DNA of 64,000 nucleotides from Clostridiales bacterium (GTDB taxonomy: Bacteria; Bacillota; Clostridia; Lachnospirales; Bianqueaceae). Below the pieces are notes generated by a model. That model saw nothing but the letters and a program-made list of their open reading frames with translations. It did no database searches and was not told the origin of the DNA. The stretch lies in NCBI GenBank assembly GCA_024689505.1, contig JAILDJ010000082.1, positions 7,145-71,144 of the forward strand, given 5' to 3'. Within the stretch, counting starts at the first letter, position 1; each line of letters opens with the position of its first letter. Below, one piece after another: positions 10,115 through 17,951 of this stretch. The translations under genes and the position numbers were made by a program.

Positions 10115-10606
10115 TTGCAGGAAGTGGTCATCTATACAGACGGCGCCTGCCGGGGCAATCCCGGACCGGGCGGTTATGGAGTGATCCTCTCATATACGGC
10201 AGGGCAGAAGGAATACCGGAAAGAGATGTCCGCCGGCTACCGCAATACGACGAACAATCGTATGGAGGTGCTGGCCGCGATCACCGGACTGGAAGCCTTG
10301 AAGGCACCATGCCGGGTCCGGCTGTATTCGGATTCGCAGTACCTGGTCAAAGCCTTTGAAGAAAAATGGGTCGACAAATGGCGGGCCAACGATTGGTACA
10401 GGGATAAGAAACGCAAGGAAAAAGCAAAGAACGTGGATTTATGGAAACGGTTGCTGGCAGCGATGGAGCCGCATGAGGTCACCTTCATCTGGGTCAAAGG
10501 GCATGCGGAGAACGCGGGTAATAACCGTTGTGACGAGCTGGCAGTGCAGGCAGCCCTGGATCAGGACGCCTGGCTGGAAGATATTGAAGTCGAAAAGGAG
10601 GGCTGA
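10115..10606 (+). CDS. rnhA: Ribonuclease HI
   Basis: The TTG start immediately follows the chorismate mutase stop. Contains VVIYTDGACRGNPGPGGYG and the WVKGHAENAGNNRCDELA motifs. Confidence 0.88.
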   Translation: MQEVVIYTDGACRGNPGPGGYGVILSYTAGQKEYRKEMSAGYRNTTNNRMEVLAAITGLEALKAPCRVRLYSDSQYLVKAFEEKWVDKWRANDWYRDKKRKEKAKNVDLWKRLLAAMEPHEVTFIWVKGHAENAGNNRCDELAVQAALDQDAWLEDIEVEKEG

Positions 10607-10608
10607 TC

Positions 10609-11067
10609 ATGCGTTGCCCCTATTGTGGAAATGAAGATACCAAAGTGATCGATTCCCGGCCGTCGGAGGACCGCGCCGAGATCCGCAGACGGCGTGTCTG
10701 TGAGAAGTGCGAACGGCGGTTCACGACCTATGAAAGGATCGAGACCGTACCTTTGATGGTCATCAAAAGGGACAATGCCCGGGAAGTCTTCGATCGCGAC
10801 AAACTCATCCGCAACATCATGCGGGCTTGCCACAAGCGCCCGGTGACCTCTGCGGATATCGAGCAGATCGCCGATGATATCGAGAACCTGGCACGCAGTT
10901 CTTATGACAAAGAGATTCGTACGACGGAGATCGGAGAGCTTGTCCTGCAGCGCCTGCAGGTGCTGGACCAGGTAGCCTACGTCCGGTTTGCGTCTGTCTA
11001 TCGGGATTTCACCGATATCGACTCTTTCCTCAAGGTACTGACACAGTTGAAAGCAAAGGAGCAGTAA
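10609..11067 (+). CDS. nrdR: Transcriptional repressor NrdR (zinc ribbon + ATP-cone)
   Basis: MRCPYCG...CEKCERRFTTYE followed by an ATP-cone. 152 aa. Confidence 0.93.
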   Translation: MRCPYCGNEDTKVIDSRPSEDRAEIRRRRVCEKCERRFTTYERIETVPLMVIKRDNAREVFDRDKLIRNIMRACHKRPVTSADIEQIADDIENLARSSYDKEIRTTEIGELVLQRLQVLDQVAYVRFASVYRDFTDIDSFLKVLTQLKAKEQ

Positions 11068-11070
11068 CGA

Positions 11071-14000
11071 ATGCCCATGCAGTGGAACGATGACCAGCAG
11101 GCCGTCATCCGTCATCGGGAAGGCAATCTTCTGGTCAGCGCGGCCGCCGGTTCCGGTAAGACCGCGGTCATGATCGAACGTTTGGTCCGGATGATCATAG
11201 ATCAGGAGGATCCCGTCGACATAGAAGAATTGCTGGTCGTCACATTCACCAACGCGGCTGCCGCGCAGATGCGTGACAAGCTTTACCAGCGTCTCCATCA
11301 GGCCATGGAAGAGGCCGGATCGCAGGAAGCGTCTGCCCGTCTGCTGCTGCAGCTGCGTAAGCTCAAAGGCGCGAGGATCATGACGATCCATGCGTTCTGC
11401 CAGCAGATCATTCATGATCATATCACCCGGATCGAAGGATTGGATCCGGGTTTTCGCATTGCAGATGAAACCGAGGCGCAGTTGATCCGCAGCGACGTGC
11501 TGGAAGAAGTCCTGGAGTCCTGCTACGCGGATACCGCGGCGGATCCGGAGTGTGCGTTTGCCCAGGAGTTTTCTGAACTTGTGGATCGGTACTCCGGCAG
11601 CCGTCAGGACAGTTCCCTTGCAGATCTGGTCGATAAAGTATCGCTTTTCATGAACAGCCTTGTTGATCCTGAGGGCTGGATCGCGCAGGCAGTACGGTTA
11701 TACGATATCACATCTTGCGATGATCTTGTGGATACGCCTTGGTATCCCGTATATCTGGAAGAAGTCCAGAGACAGAAGAAGACGGCGATCCGCTTGTATC
11801 GACGGATCCTGGAAGCATATGTGGATGCAGGCTGCGCGGAAGAGCACCCAGTATTCCTTACGATCGGTCAGATCCTGCAGTGCCTTGAAGACCATGCTAT
11901 GACGCACTTTGAAAAAGCGGACGTTGTGATCGGTACGGTGGATTACAAGCCTTGGAAAGAGGATCCGATCGAGAAAAAGCGGGTACAAGATCTGGTAGGA
12001 AAGGCTCGGGAAGCCGGCAATAGTCTGGTCGCATTGAGTACCTGGGTCCGTCAGGAAGACGTGGATGCCATGCGTACGGAGATCCTGCCTGCTTTGCGTG
12101 GCCTTAAGACGGTCGTAGAGCGGTATCGTCAGGCGTATCGCGCCGCGAAACAAGAAAAAAGTCTTGTGGATTTTGCGGATCTGGAACGGTACGCGCTGGA
12201 GATCCTTTTGGATGATGCCGGTCATCCTACGCGGGAAGCGGGAGAGATCCGGGATCTGTTCCGGTACATCTGTGTCGACGAGTACCAGGACAGCAATGAC
12301 GTACAGGAGGCGATCCTGAACGCGATCGCACGTACGAATGCCAGCGGGGATCCGATCAATATCTTCATGGTCGGCGACGTCAAACAGAGCATATACAAAT
12401 TCCGCGAAGCAAGACCGGAACTGTTTTTGGAGAAGCAGGAGCAATATCCGTGTCAGGACGGTGCGGATCTGATCTATCTGCATCGGAATTACCGCAGCCG
12501 CCCTGAGATCCTGCAGGCGGTCAATACGGTGTTCCGTGCGTTGATGTATCAGCCGGATGGCGAGATCGAGTATAACGATGACGAGGCATTGGAGCCCGGT
12601 GCAGCTTTTGAGACGCCCGAAGAGGGGGTACGTACGCTGGCAGGCAGGCCTGAATTGATCCGTGTCCTGCAGGGCGACGACATGCGCGTGCGGGAAGCGG
12701 AAGAAACGGAAGTCAGGGTCATCGCGCAGAGGATCAAGACGCTGCTCCTGAGTGGGCTGTCGGTCTTTGAAGATGGCAAGTATCGGCCGTTGTCCTGCCG
12801 TGACATCGCGGTCCTGTTCCGTACACCCAAGACCATGGCACCATTGCTGCTGCAGGAACTGAAGCGACTTCGGGTCCCTGCTTTCAGTGAGATCACGGCA
12901 GGTTTCTACCAGACCCGGGAGATCCAGTGCGTGGTCAATCTGCTGAAGATCATCGATAACCCACAGCAGGATATTGCGCTGACAGGAGCATTGTATTCTC
13001 CGATCTATCATTTTTCAGGACAGGAACTGGCGTGGATCCGCCGGGAAACGGGTCGGGACATATCCATGTACGAGGCTTTGAAAGTATATCGGGAGAGCGG
13101 ACGCAACGAGGAGATCCGGTCGCGGGTGGCATCTTTCCTTGCATCGATCGCACAGTGGCAGGATAAGGCCAGGTATCTGCCGATGCATGAACTGATATGG
13201 CAGATCCTGCAGGAGACAGGATATTATCTGTACGTTGCTTCTTCGGAGGATGGCAGCCTGCGCTGTGCCAATCTGGATCTGCTGCTGGACCGCGCGCTGG
13301 CCTATGAGAAGGGCAGTTACAAGGGCTTGTTCCACTTTATGCGTTACTTGGCCCGTATGGAAGAGGAAGAACGCGACGAGATCCAGGCCGGCACCAATGG
13401 TGATGAGGACGATGTGGTCCATATCATGAGCATCCATAAGAGTAAGGGACTGGAATTCCCGGTGGTCTTTGTCGGCGGCCTCGGGCACAAGTGGAATCGT
13501 ACGGACCTCAGCGGCCGCATGCTGCTGCATCCTGAATTGTTTATCGGTGCTGAGGCGATCTCCGCCGACGCGGCGTTCCGGTATGAAACGCTGCCGCACC
13601 GTGCGATCATCGCCCGCAAGAAGCAGGAGATGACTGCGGAGGAAATGCGTGTGCTGTACGTCGCCATGACCCGAGCCAAAGAAAAGCTGATCCTCAGTGG
13701 ATCCGTGAAAGCAAAAGATGACGATGATGCACCGATCCATAAGGGAAGACTGGAACCGCACCGCATCCGCTCTGCCTCCAATTATATGGATTGGCTGGAT
13801 CCGATCGTCTCCTGTGCGCCGAACTGGGTCGTTTCTGAGGTCGATCCGCAATCAGTCGAATCGTCAGAAACAGAAGAGCATCCTCTTATTACGGATCTTA
13901 CAGCTCCGGTATATGATGAAAAACTGTATCAGCTGCTGGACCGGAGGATGTCCTATCGATATCCCTTCGCATGGAAAGAAACGCTGCCATCGCGCCTTTC

Positions 14001-14649
14001 TGTCTCTCAATTGAAGAAGACCGGGGAGGAAGAGCAGTTTTCTGAAAAAGCACTGCTGTATGAAGCACCGGAAGAAGTGACAGAAGAAGAGGAGCGTACC
14101 TCTGGCAGCCGGCAGGGTACTGCGATCCATAAAGTGCTTTCTTTGCTGGATTTTGAGAGAATGGATGAAGTCGAAGCACAGCTGGATGATCTGGAGGGTA
14201 CGGCCCGCCTGACACATGAGGAGCGGGACATGGTGCCCGTGCGGGAACTGCAGGCCTTTGGCAGCAGCGCCTTGATCGGTCGGATGCGGGCATCTGTGCA
14301 GCTGCTGCGGGAACAGCCGTTCATCGTGCGGATCCCGGTGGGGCAGATCCGGACCTGGATCCCGGAATGGATGGAGGAGCACCCGGAAGTGCCGCAGACC
14401 GCGGAGATCATGGTACAGGGCATCATCGACGTTTGTTTCCGGGAAAAAGACGGCTGGGTGATCGCCGATTACAAATCCGACCGTTTCTGGGATGCGTCCC
14501 GTGTGGAAATGTACAGCCGGCAGCTCAGGCTCTATGCCTATGCCCTGGAGCGCATCACTGGGATCCCGGTGCGTGGGCTGGTGCTGTATCGTACCCGTAC
14601 CGCGGAAGAGATCCCGGTCGCGTTGGAACAGGAGGATCCTGCCTTATGA
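11071..14649 (+). CDS. addA: AddA-type helicase-nuclease (UvrD/PcrA helicase + C-terminal PD-(D/E)XK nuclease)
   Basis: 1192 aa. Walker A is AAAGSGKTAVM, with DEYQDSN, VGDVKQSIYKFREA and VAMTRAKEKL. The C-terminal nuclease motifs are GIIDVCF...IADYKSDR...QLRLYAYAL. Confidence 0.85.
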   Translation: MPMQWNDDQQAVIRHREGNLLVSAAAGSGKTAVMIERLVRMIIDQEDPVDIEELLVVTFTNAAAAQMRDKLYQRLHQAMEEAGSQEASARLLLQLRKLKGARIMTIHAFCQQIIHDHITRIEGLDPGFRIADETEAQLIRSDVLEEVLESCYADTAADPECAFAQEFSELVDRYSGSRQDSSLADLVDKVSLFMNSLVDPEGWIAQAVRLYDITSCDDLVDTPWYPVYLEEVQRQKKTAIRLYRRILEAYVDAGCAEEHPVFLTIGQILQCLEDHAMTHFEKADVVIGTVDYKPWKEDPIEKKRVQDLVGKAREAGNSLVALSTWVRQEDVDAMRTEILPALRGLKTVVERYRQAYRAAKQEKSLVDFADLERYALEILLDDAGHPTREAGEIRDLFRYICVDEYQDSNDVQEAILNAIARTNASGDPINIFMVGDVKQSIYKFREARPELFLEKQEQYPCQDGADLIYLHRNYRSRPEILQAVNTVFRALMYQPDGEIEYNDDEALEPGAAFETPEEGVRTLAGRPELIRVLQGDDMRVREAEETEVRVIAQRIKTLLLSGLSVFEDGKYRPLSCRDIAVLFRTPKTMAPLLLQELKRLRVPAFSEITAGFYQTREIQCVVNLLKIIDNPQQDIALTGALYSPIYHFSGQELAWIRRETGRDISMYEALKVYRESGRNEEIRSRVASFLASIAQWQDKARYLPMHELIWQILQETGYYLYVASSEDGSLRCANLDLLLDRALAYEKGSYKGLFHFMRYLARMEEEERDEIQAGTNGDEDDVVHIMSIHKSKGLEFPVVFVGGLGHKWNRTDLSGRMLLHPELFIGAEAISADAAFRYETLPHRAIIARKKQEMTAEEMRVLYVAMTRAKEKLILSGSVKAKDDDDAPIHKGRLEPHRIRSASNYMDWLDPIVSCAPNWVVSEVDPQSVESSETEEHPLITDLTAPVYDEKLYQLLDRRMSYRYPFAWKETLPSRLSVSQLKKTGEEEQFSEKALLYEAPEEVTEEEERTSGSRQGTAIHKVLSLLDFERMDEVEAQLDDLEGTARLTHEERDMVPVRELQAFGSSALIGRMRASVQLLREQPFIVRIPVGQIRTWIPEWMEEHPEVPQTAEIMVQGIIDVCFREKDGWVIADYKSDRFWDASRVEMYSRQLRLYAYALERITGIPVRGLVLYRTRTAEEIPVALEQEDPAL

Positions 14650-15686
14650 ATGCGTACCAATTGATTTTGATCTTTTATGAAAGCGTCGTGCCGGCCCATG
14701 ACCTTGCTTCTTTTGAAGCATGGTCGTCGCAGAAGGAACACTTGGCAGACGGCTTGCGTAGGAAGCTTCCGGAGGGCGTAGATTGCCATCCGTTGATCAG
14801 CGGCGCTGTCCTTGCAGCGTTTCCGGAATCCGCAACAGTGGATGTTCCCTATCTGGAGAATGATCTGAAACCTTGGGTCGAGCAGATCCTTGGAGAGGAT
14901 TACACTTTTAGGATCCTGTATACGAATTTTCTGGTGCCGGGACATAGCATGGAGGATGTGATCCATGCGGCGGTCGATCGGTATGAGCATCAGACGGTCC
15001 ATGCGGGGGATGTGATCGTTCTGGAACTGGGGGAAGAGCAGCCGGATCCGGAGGAACAGGAGAGCAGCATGGACTGGGCCAGCGTCATGATCCAGGCGGT
15101 GGGAGAAGGACGATATGAGTCGGCCAGGCTCTTGTTCCTGCAGATCATGACGCTTTTCAAGAATCATAGATCCAAAGTCCTGGATCATGTTTTTCTTGGG
15201 GTATCTATGAGTTCCCTCTTATTGCTGGGCGGCTCTATAGGTCATACCGAAAAAGACAGGATGGTCCGACTCCTGACGCAAGCAGTCATCGGACCGGACT
15301 GGCAGAATTTTGTCCTGCGCAATCTGGAGGAGATCTGCCGCAGCCACAGGAAAAACCGTATGACCCGGTTCGATTCTTTCGAACAGCGTGTCCATGACTA
15401 TGTTGACCGGGAAATCGTCAATTCCAAACTGGATCTGAAGACGGCAGCTGAGCACTTCGATCTGACACCGACGTATTTTTCTCAGAAGTTCAAGGAGGAG
15501 ATCGGGATCGGATTTCAGTTGTATGTAGAGCAGATGCGGATGCAGATCGGCCATGAACTCCTGCGGCAGCGGGGCATGACGGTCAGCCGTGCGGCAAGAG
15601 AATGCGGATATGAAAATGTAGGAACGTTCCGCCGGAATTTCAAAAGATATTATGGAATCAATCCTGGCGATACCATGAAGCAGTAG
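14646..15686 (+). CDS. AraC-family transcriptional regulator with an unassigned N-terminal domain
   Basis: The C-terminal double HTH is LDLKTAAEHFDLTPTYFSQKFKEEIG...VSRAARECGYENVGTFRRNFKRYYG. ATG 14646 overlaps the addA stop. The ORF-track start at 14367 lies inside addA. Confidence 0.8.
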   Translation: MNAYQLILIFYESVVPAHDLASFEAWSSQKEHLADGLRRKLPEGVDCHPLISGAVLAAFPESATVDVPYLENDLKPWVEQILGEDYTFRILYTNFLVPGHSMEDVIHAAVDRYEHQTVHAGDVIVLELGEEQPDPEEQESSMDWASVMIQAVGEGRYESARLLFLQIMTLFKNHRSKVLDHVFLGVSMSSLLLLGGSIGHTEKDRMVRLLTQAVIGPDWQNFVLRNLEEICRSHRKNRMTRFDSFEQRVHDYVDREIVNSKLDLKTAAEHFDLTPTYFSQKFKEEIGIGFQLYVEQMRMQIGHELLRQRGMTVSRAARECGYENVGTFRRNFKRYYGINPGDTMKQ

Positions 15687-15812
15687 TTTTGTGAGATCCC
15701 GCTGTTTTTCTGCCTATGTTGCTGAAAACGGCACTCGAAAAGCGTTTGATCTATAGAAGAAAGCGACAAAACAAAACGTTACGCTTTTAGTGTTTTTTGT
15801 CACAAAATAACA

Positions 15813-15882
15813 GAATCATAACAAATGAATCATATATCATAAAATATAAATCTTGCGTTACGTAGCTATATCAAATATGATT
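15813..15882. promoter_or_regulatory. Repeat cluster in the AT-rich control region (candidate operator for the ABC operon)
   Basis: GAATCATA occurs at 15813-15820 and again at 15827-15834. AATCATAT (15828-15835) is the exact inverted repeat of ATATGATT (15875-15882). Confidence 0.3.
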
Positions 15883-15973
15883 ACAATAAGTTTGTATGTA
15901 TGTGTGGAGACGTATTAGCTGAACCTTTTATTGGCTGACATGTCGCATCTCAAAAGAAAGAGAGAGTGAAGGA

Positions 15974-16936
15974 ATGAGTAAGTCACTCAAAAAGCGGTAC
16001 AACAGCGAGGAAGCCTATGTCCGCGGCGGTACAGCCTGGAAACAGATCAAGCTGCACTGGCAATGCTACCTCATGCTGCTGCCTCCGTTCATCGTTCTGA
16101 TCTTGTTTTCCTATTGGCCGATGTTCGGTATCTTGATCGCTTTTAAAAACTACCGTGCCGTCAATGGTATCCTGGGCAGTCCCTGGGCAGAGCCATGGTA
16201 TTATTACTTCAGGAATTTCTTCGGCACCCGTGATTTCGGCCGTCTGCTGAAGAACACACTGGGCATCAGCATCTATCATTTGCTTGCCGGTTTCCCGTTC
16301 CCCATCATTCTTGCACTTGCGTTGAATGAATGCCGTAACATGCGGTACCGTAAAGTCGTGCAGATGGTCACCTACTCTCCGTATTTCATTTCTACGGTCA
16401 TCCTGGTCTCCATTATTACGATGCTCTTCTCGCAGAAGACCGGTCTTGTCAACAATTTCATCGTCAAGTTCGGCGGCGAGCGTTATCCTTTCCTGAGCGA
16501 GCCTAAAGCGTTCAAGCATCTGTACGTCTGGTCCGGCATATGGCAAGGCACAGGTTTCAGTTCAGTCTTGTACATAGCAGCCTTGGCGGGCGTCGATCCG
16601 TCACTGCATGAAGCGGCCGAGATCGATGGCGCCTCCCGCCTGCAGCAGATCTTCCACGTAGATATCCCCGGCATCATGCCGACCATCATCATCACGCTGA
16701 TCCTGAACTGCGGTTCTGTCATGAGCGTTGGTTACGAGAAGGTCTACCTGCTGCAGAATACGCAGAACATCTCCACGTCCGACGTTTTCAGTACCTACAT
16801 CTACCGCATGGGTCTGCAGCAAGCACAGTACAGTCTCGCTACGGCTGTCAACTTGTTCAACTCCGTCGCCAACATCATCATCATCACGTTGGTCAACTGG
16901 ATCGCCCGCCGTGTCGGCGAGACGTCGCTGTGGTAA
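15974..16936 (+). CDS. Carbohydrate ABC transporter permease (LplB/YtcP-like)
   Basis: 320 aa and multi-TM, with the EAA loop EAAEIDGASRLQQIFHVDIPG. Confidence 0.85.
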   Translation: MSKSLKKRYNSEEAYVRGGTAWKQIKLHWQCYLMLLPPFIVLILFSYWPMFGILIAFKNYRAVNGILGSPWAEPWYYYFRNFFGTRDFGRLLKNTLGISIYHLLAGFPFPIILALALNECRNMRYRKVVQMVTYSPYFISTVILVSIITMLFSQKTGLVNNFIVKFGGERYPFLSEPKAFKHLYVWSGIWQGTGFSSVLYIAALAGVDPSLHEAAEIDGASRLQQIFHVDIPGIMPTIIITLILNCGSVMSVGYEKVYLLQNTQNISTSDVFSTYIYRMGLQQAQYSLATAVNLFNSVANIIIITLVNWIARRVGETSLW

Positions 16937-16948
16937 GGAGGGGTCGCA

Positions 16949-17848
16949 ATGGCAAAAAATAGTAATAAGATCAAGCTGAGTAAGGGCGACCGCACGTTTA
17001 CGATCATCAACTATACGATCCTGACGGTCGCGATGCTCATCGTCTTGTATCCGATGATCTTCGTCGTATCTGCCTCTTTCTCCAACGCTGTTGCTGTTAA
17101 AGCGAATAAGGTATGGCTGTGGCCCGTCGGTTTCAACCTGGAAGGCTATAAAGCCGCGTTGAAGCATCCGCTGCTGTTCAAGAGTTTCTGGAACAGTGTC
17201 AAAGTCACCGTCATCGGTACGCTCACCAATATGGTGCTGACGTTCCTGGTCGCTTATCCGCTGTCCATCCGCGGCCTGTGGGGCAAAACAGTGCTTACCT
17301 GGCTGTGGACATTCACCATGCTGTTCTCCGGCGGTATGATCCCTCTGTACTTGGTCGTACAAAGACTGGGTCTGCTGGATACATTCACAGCATTGTTCCT
17401 GCCTGGTGCGGTCTCTGTTTACAACATGATCATTGCCCGTACCAACATCCAGAGCATCCCTTATGATATGTACGAATCCGCGCAGTTGGACGGTTGTACA
17501 GACTTCCGTTATTTCCTGCAGTTCGTACTGCCGCTGTCCAAATCCATCCTGGCCGTTCTGACCCTGTACTACGCGGTCGGCCACTGGAATGGTTACTTCG
17601 CGGCCATGATGTATCTGACCTCCAAGGAGAAGTTCACATTCCAGCTGATCCTGCGTGAGATCATCATCAATAACACCGTCGATCCTACCCAGATGCTCAG
17701 TGCGGACGTTCTGCTCCGCAAACAGGGTCTTAAGGACCTGCTGAAGTACTCCACGGTCGTCGTCGCGACCGTCCCCATGATGATCGTATACCCCTTCGTC
17801 CAGAAGCATTTCGTCAAGGGTGTCATGATCGGTTCCATCAAGGGTTAA
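16949..17848 (+). CDS. Carbohydrate ABC transporter permease (LplC-like)
   Basis: 299 aa and multi-TM, with the EAA loop ESAQLDGCTDFRYFLQFVLP. Confidence 0.85.
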   Translation: MAKNSNKIKLSKGDRTFTIINYTILTVAMLIVLYPMIFVVSASFSNAVAVKANKVWLWPVGFNLEGYKAALKHPLLFKSFWNSVKVTVIGTLTNMVLTFLVAYPLSIRGLWGKTVLTWLWTFTMLFSGGMIPLYLVVQRLGLLDTFTALFLPGAVSVYNMIIARTNIQSIPYDMYESAQLDGCTDFRYFLQFVLPLSKSILAVLTLYYAVGHWNGYFAAMMYLTSKEKFTFQLILREIIINNTVDPTQMLSADVLLRKQGLKDLLKYSTVVVATVPMMIVYPFVQKHFVKGVMIGSIKG

Positions 17849-17864
17849 AGTTTTACGTATGTCG

Positions 17865-17901
17865 TATGCAGGGACTGTAATCCCAGCGGTTTTTCTGCAT
17901 A
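17865..17901 (+). other. Intra-operon RNA hairpin between the permease and binding-protein genes
   Basis: TATGCAG (17865-17871) pairs with CTGCATA (17895-17901). It encloses an inner GGGA/TCCC hairpin and a TTTTT run. Confidence 0.35.
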
Positions 17902-17951
17902 TCACATAAATTTGTTTCAATCTTTCATTCTTGCAGAAAGGAAAAAAGTAA

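Noticed and set aside
14367-14645. 5' extensions in the ORF track that overlap the preceding gene. These are the AraC ORF from 14367, aroC from 8632, mutS2 from 25402, ttcA from 53621, hisF from 6259, queT from 36432, the M28 peptidase from 39933 and hisZ from 110.
   Set aside because: In every case the conserved protein N-terminus begins at a downstream ATG that has an SD sequence and/or a classic ATGA-type overlap with the upstream stop codon. The extensions translate to unconserved Arg/Pro/Ser-rich sequence.
15717-15791. A small ORF, MLLKTALEKRLIYRRKRQNKTLRF, in the intergenic region.
   Set aside because: It has no SD sequence, is very short, and overlaps predicted hairpins. It is probably non-coding.
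15687-15973. The AT-rich segment considered as the edge of a horizontally acquired island or mobile element.
   Set aside because: It is only 287 bp and has no flanking integrase, transposase, tRNA or direct-repeat att-like sites. The flanking genes have the same codon style as the rest of the window. It is best explained as a promoter and operator region.
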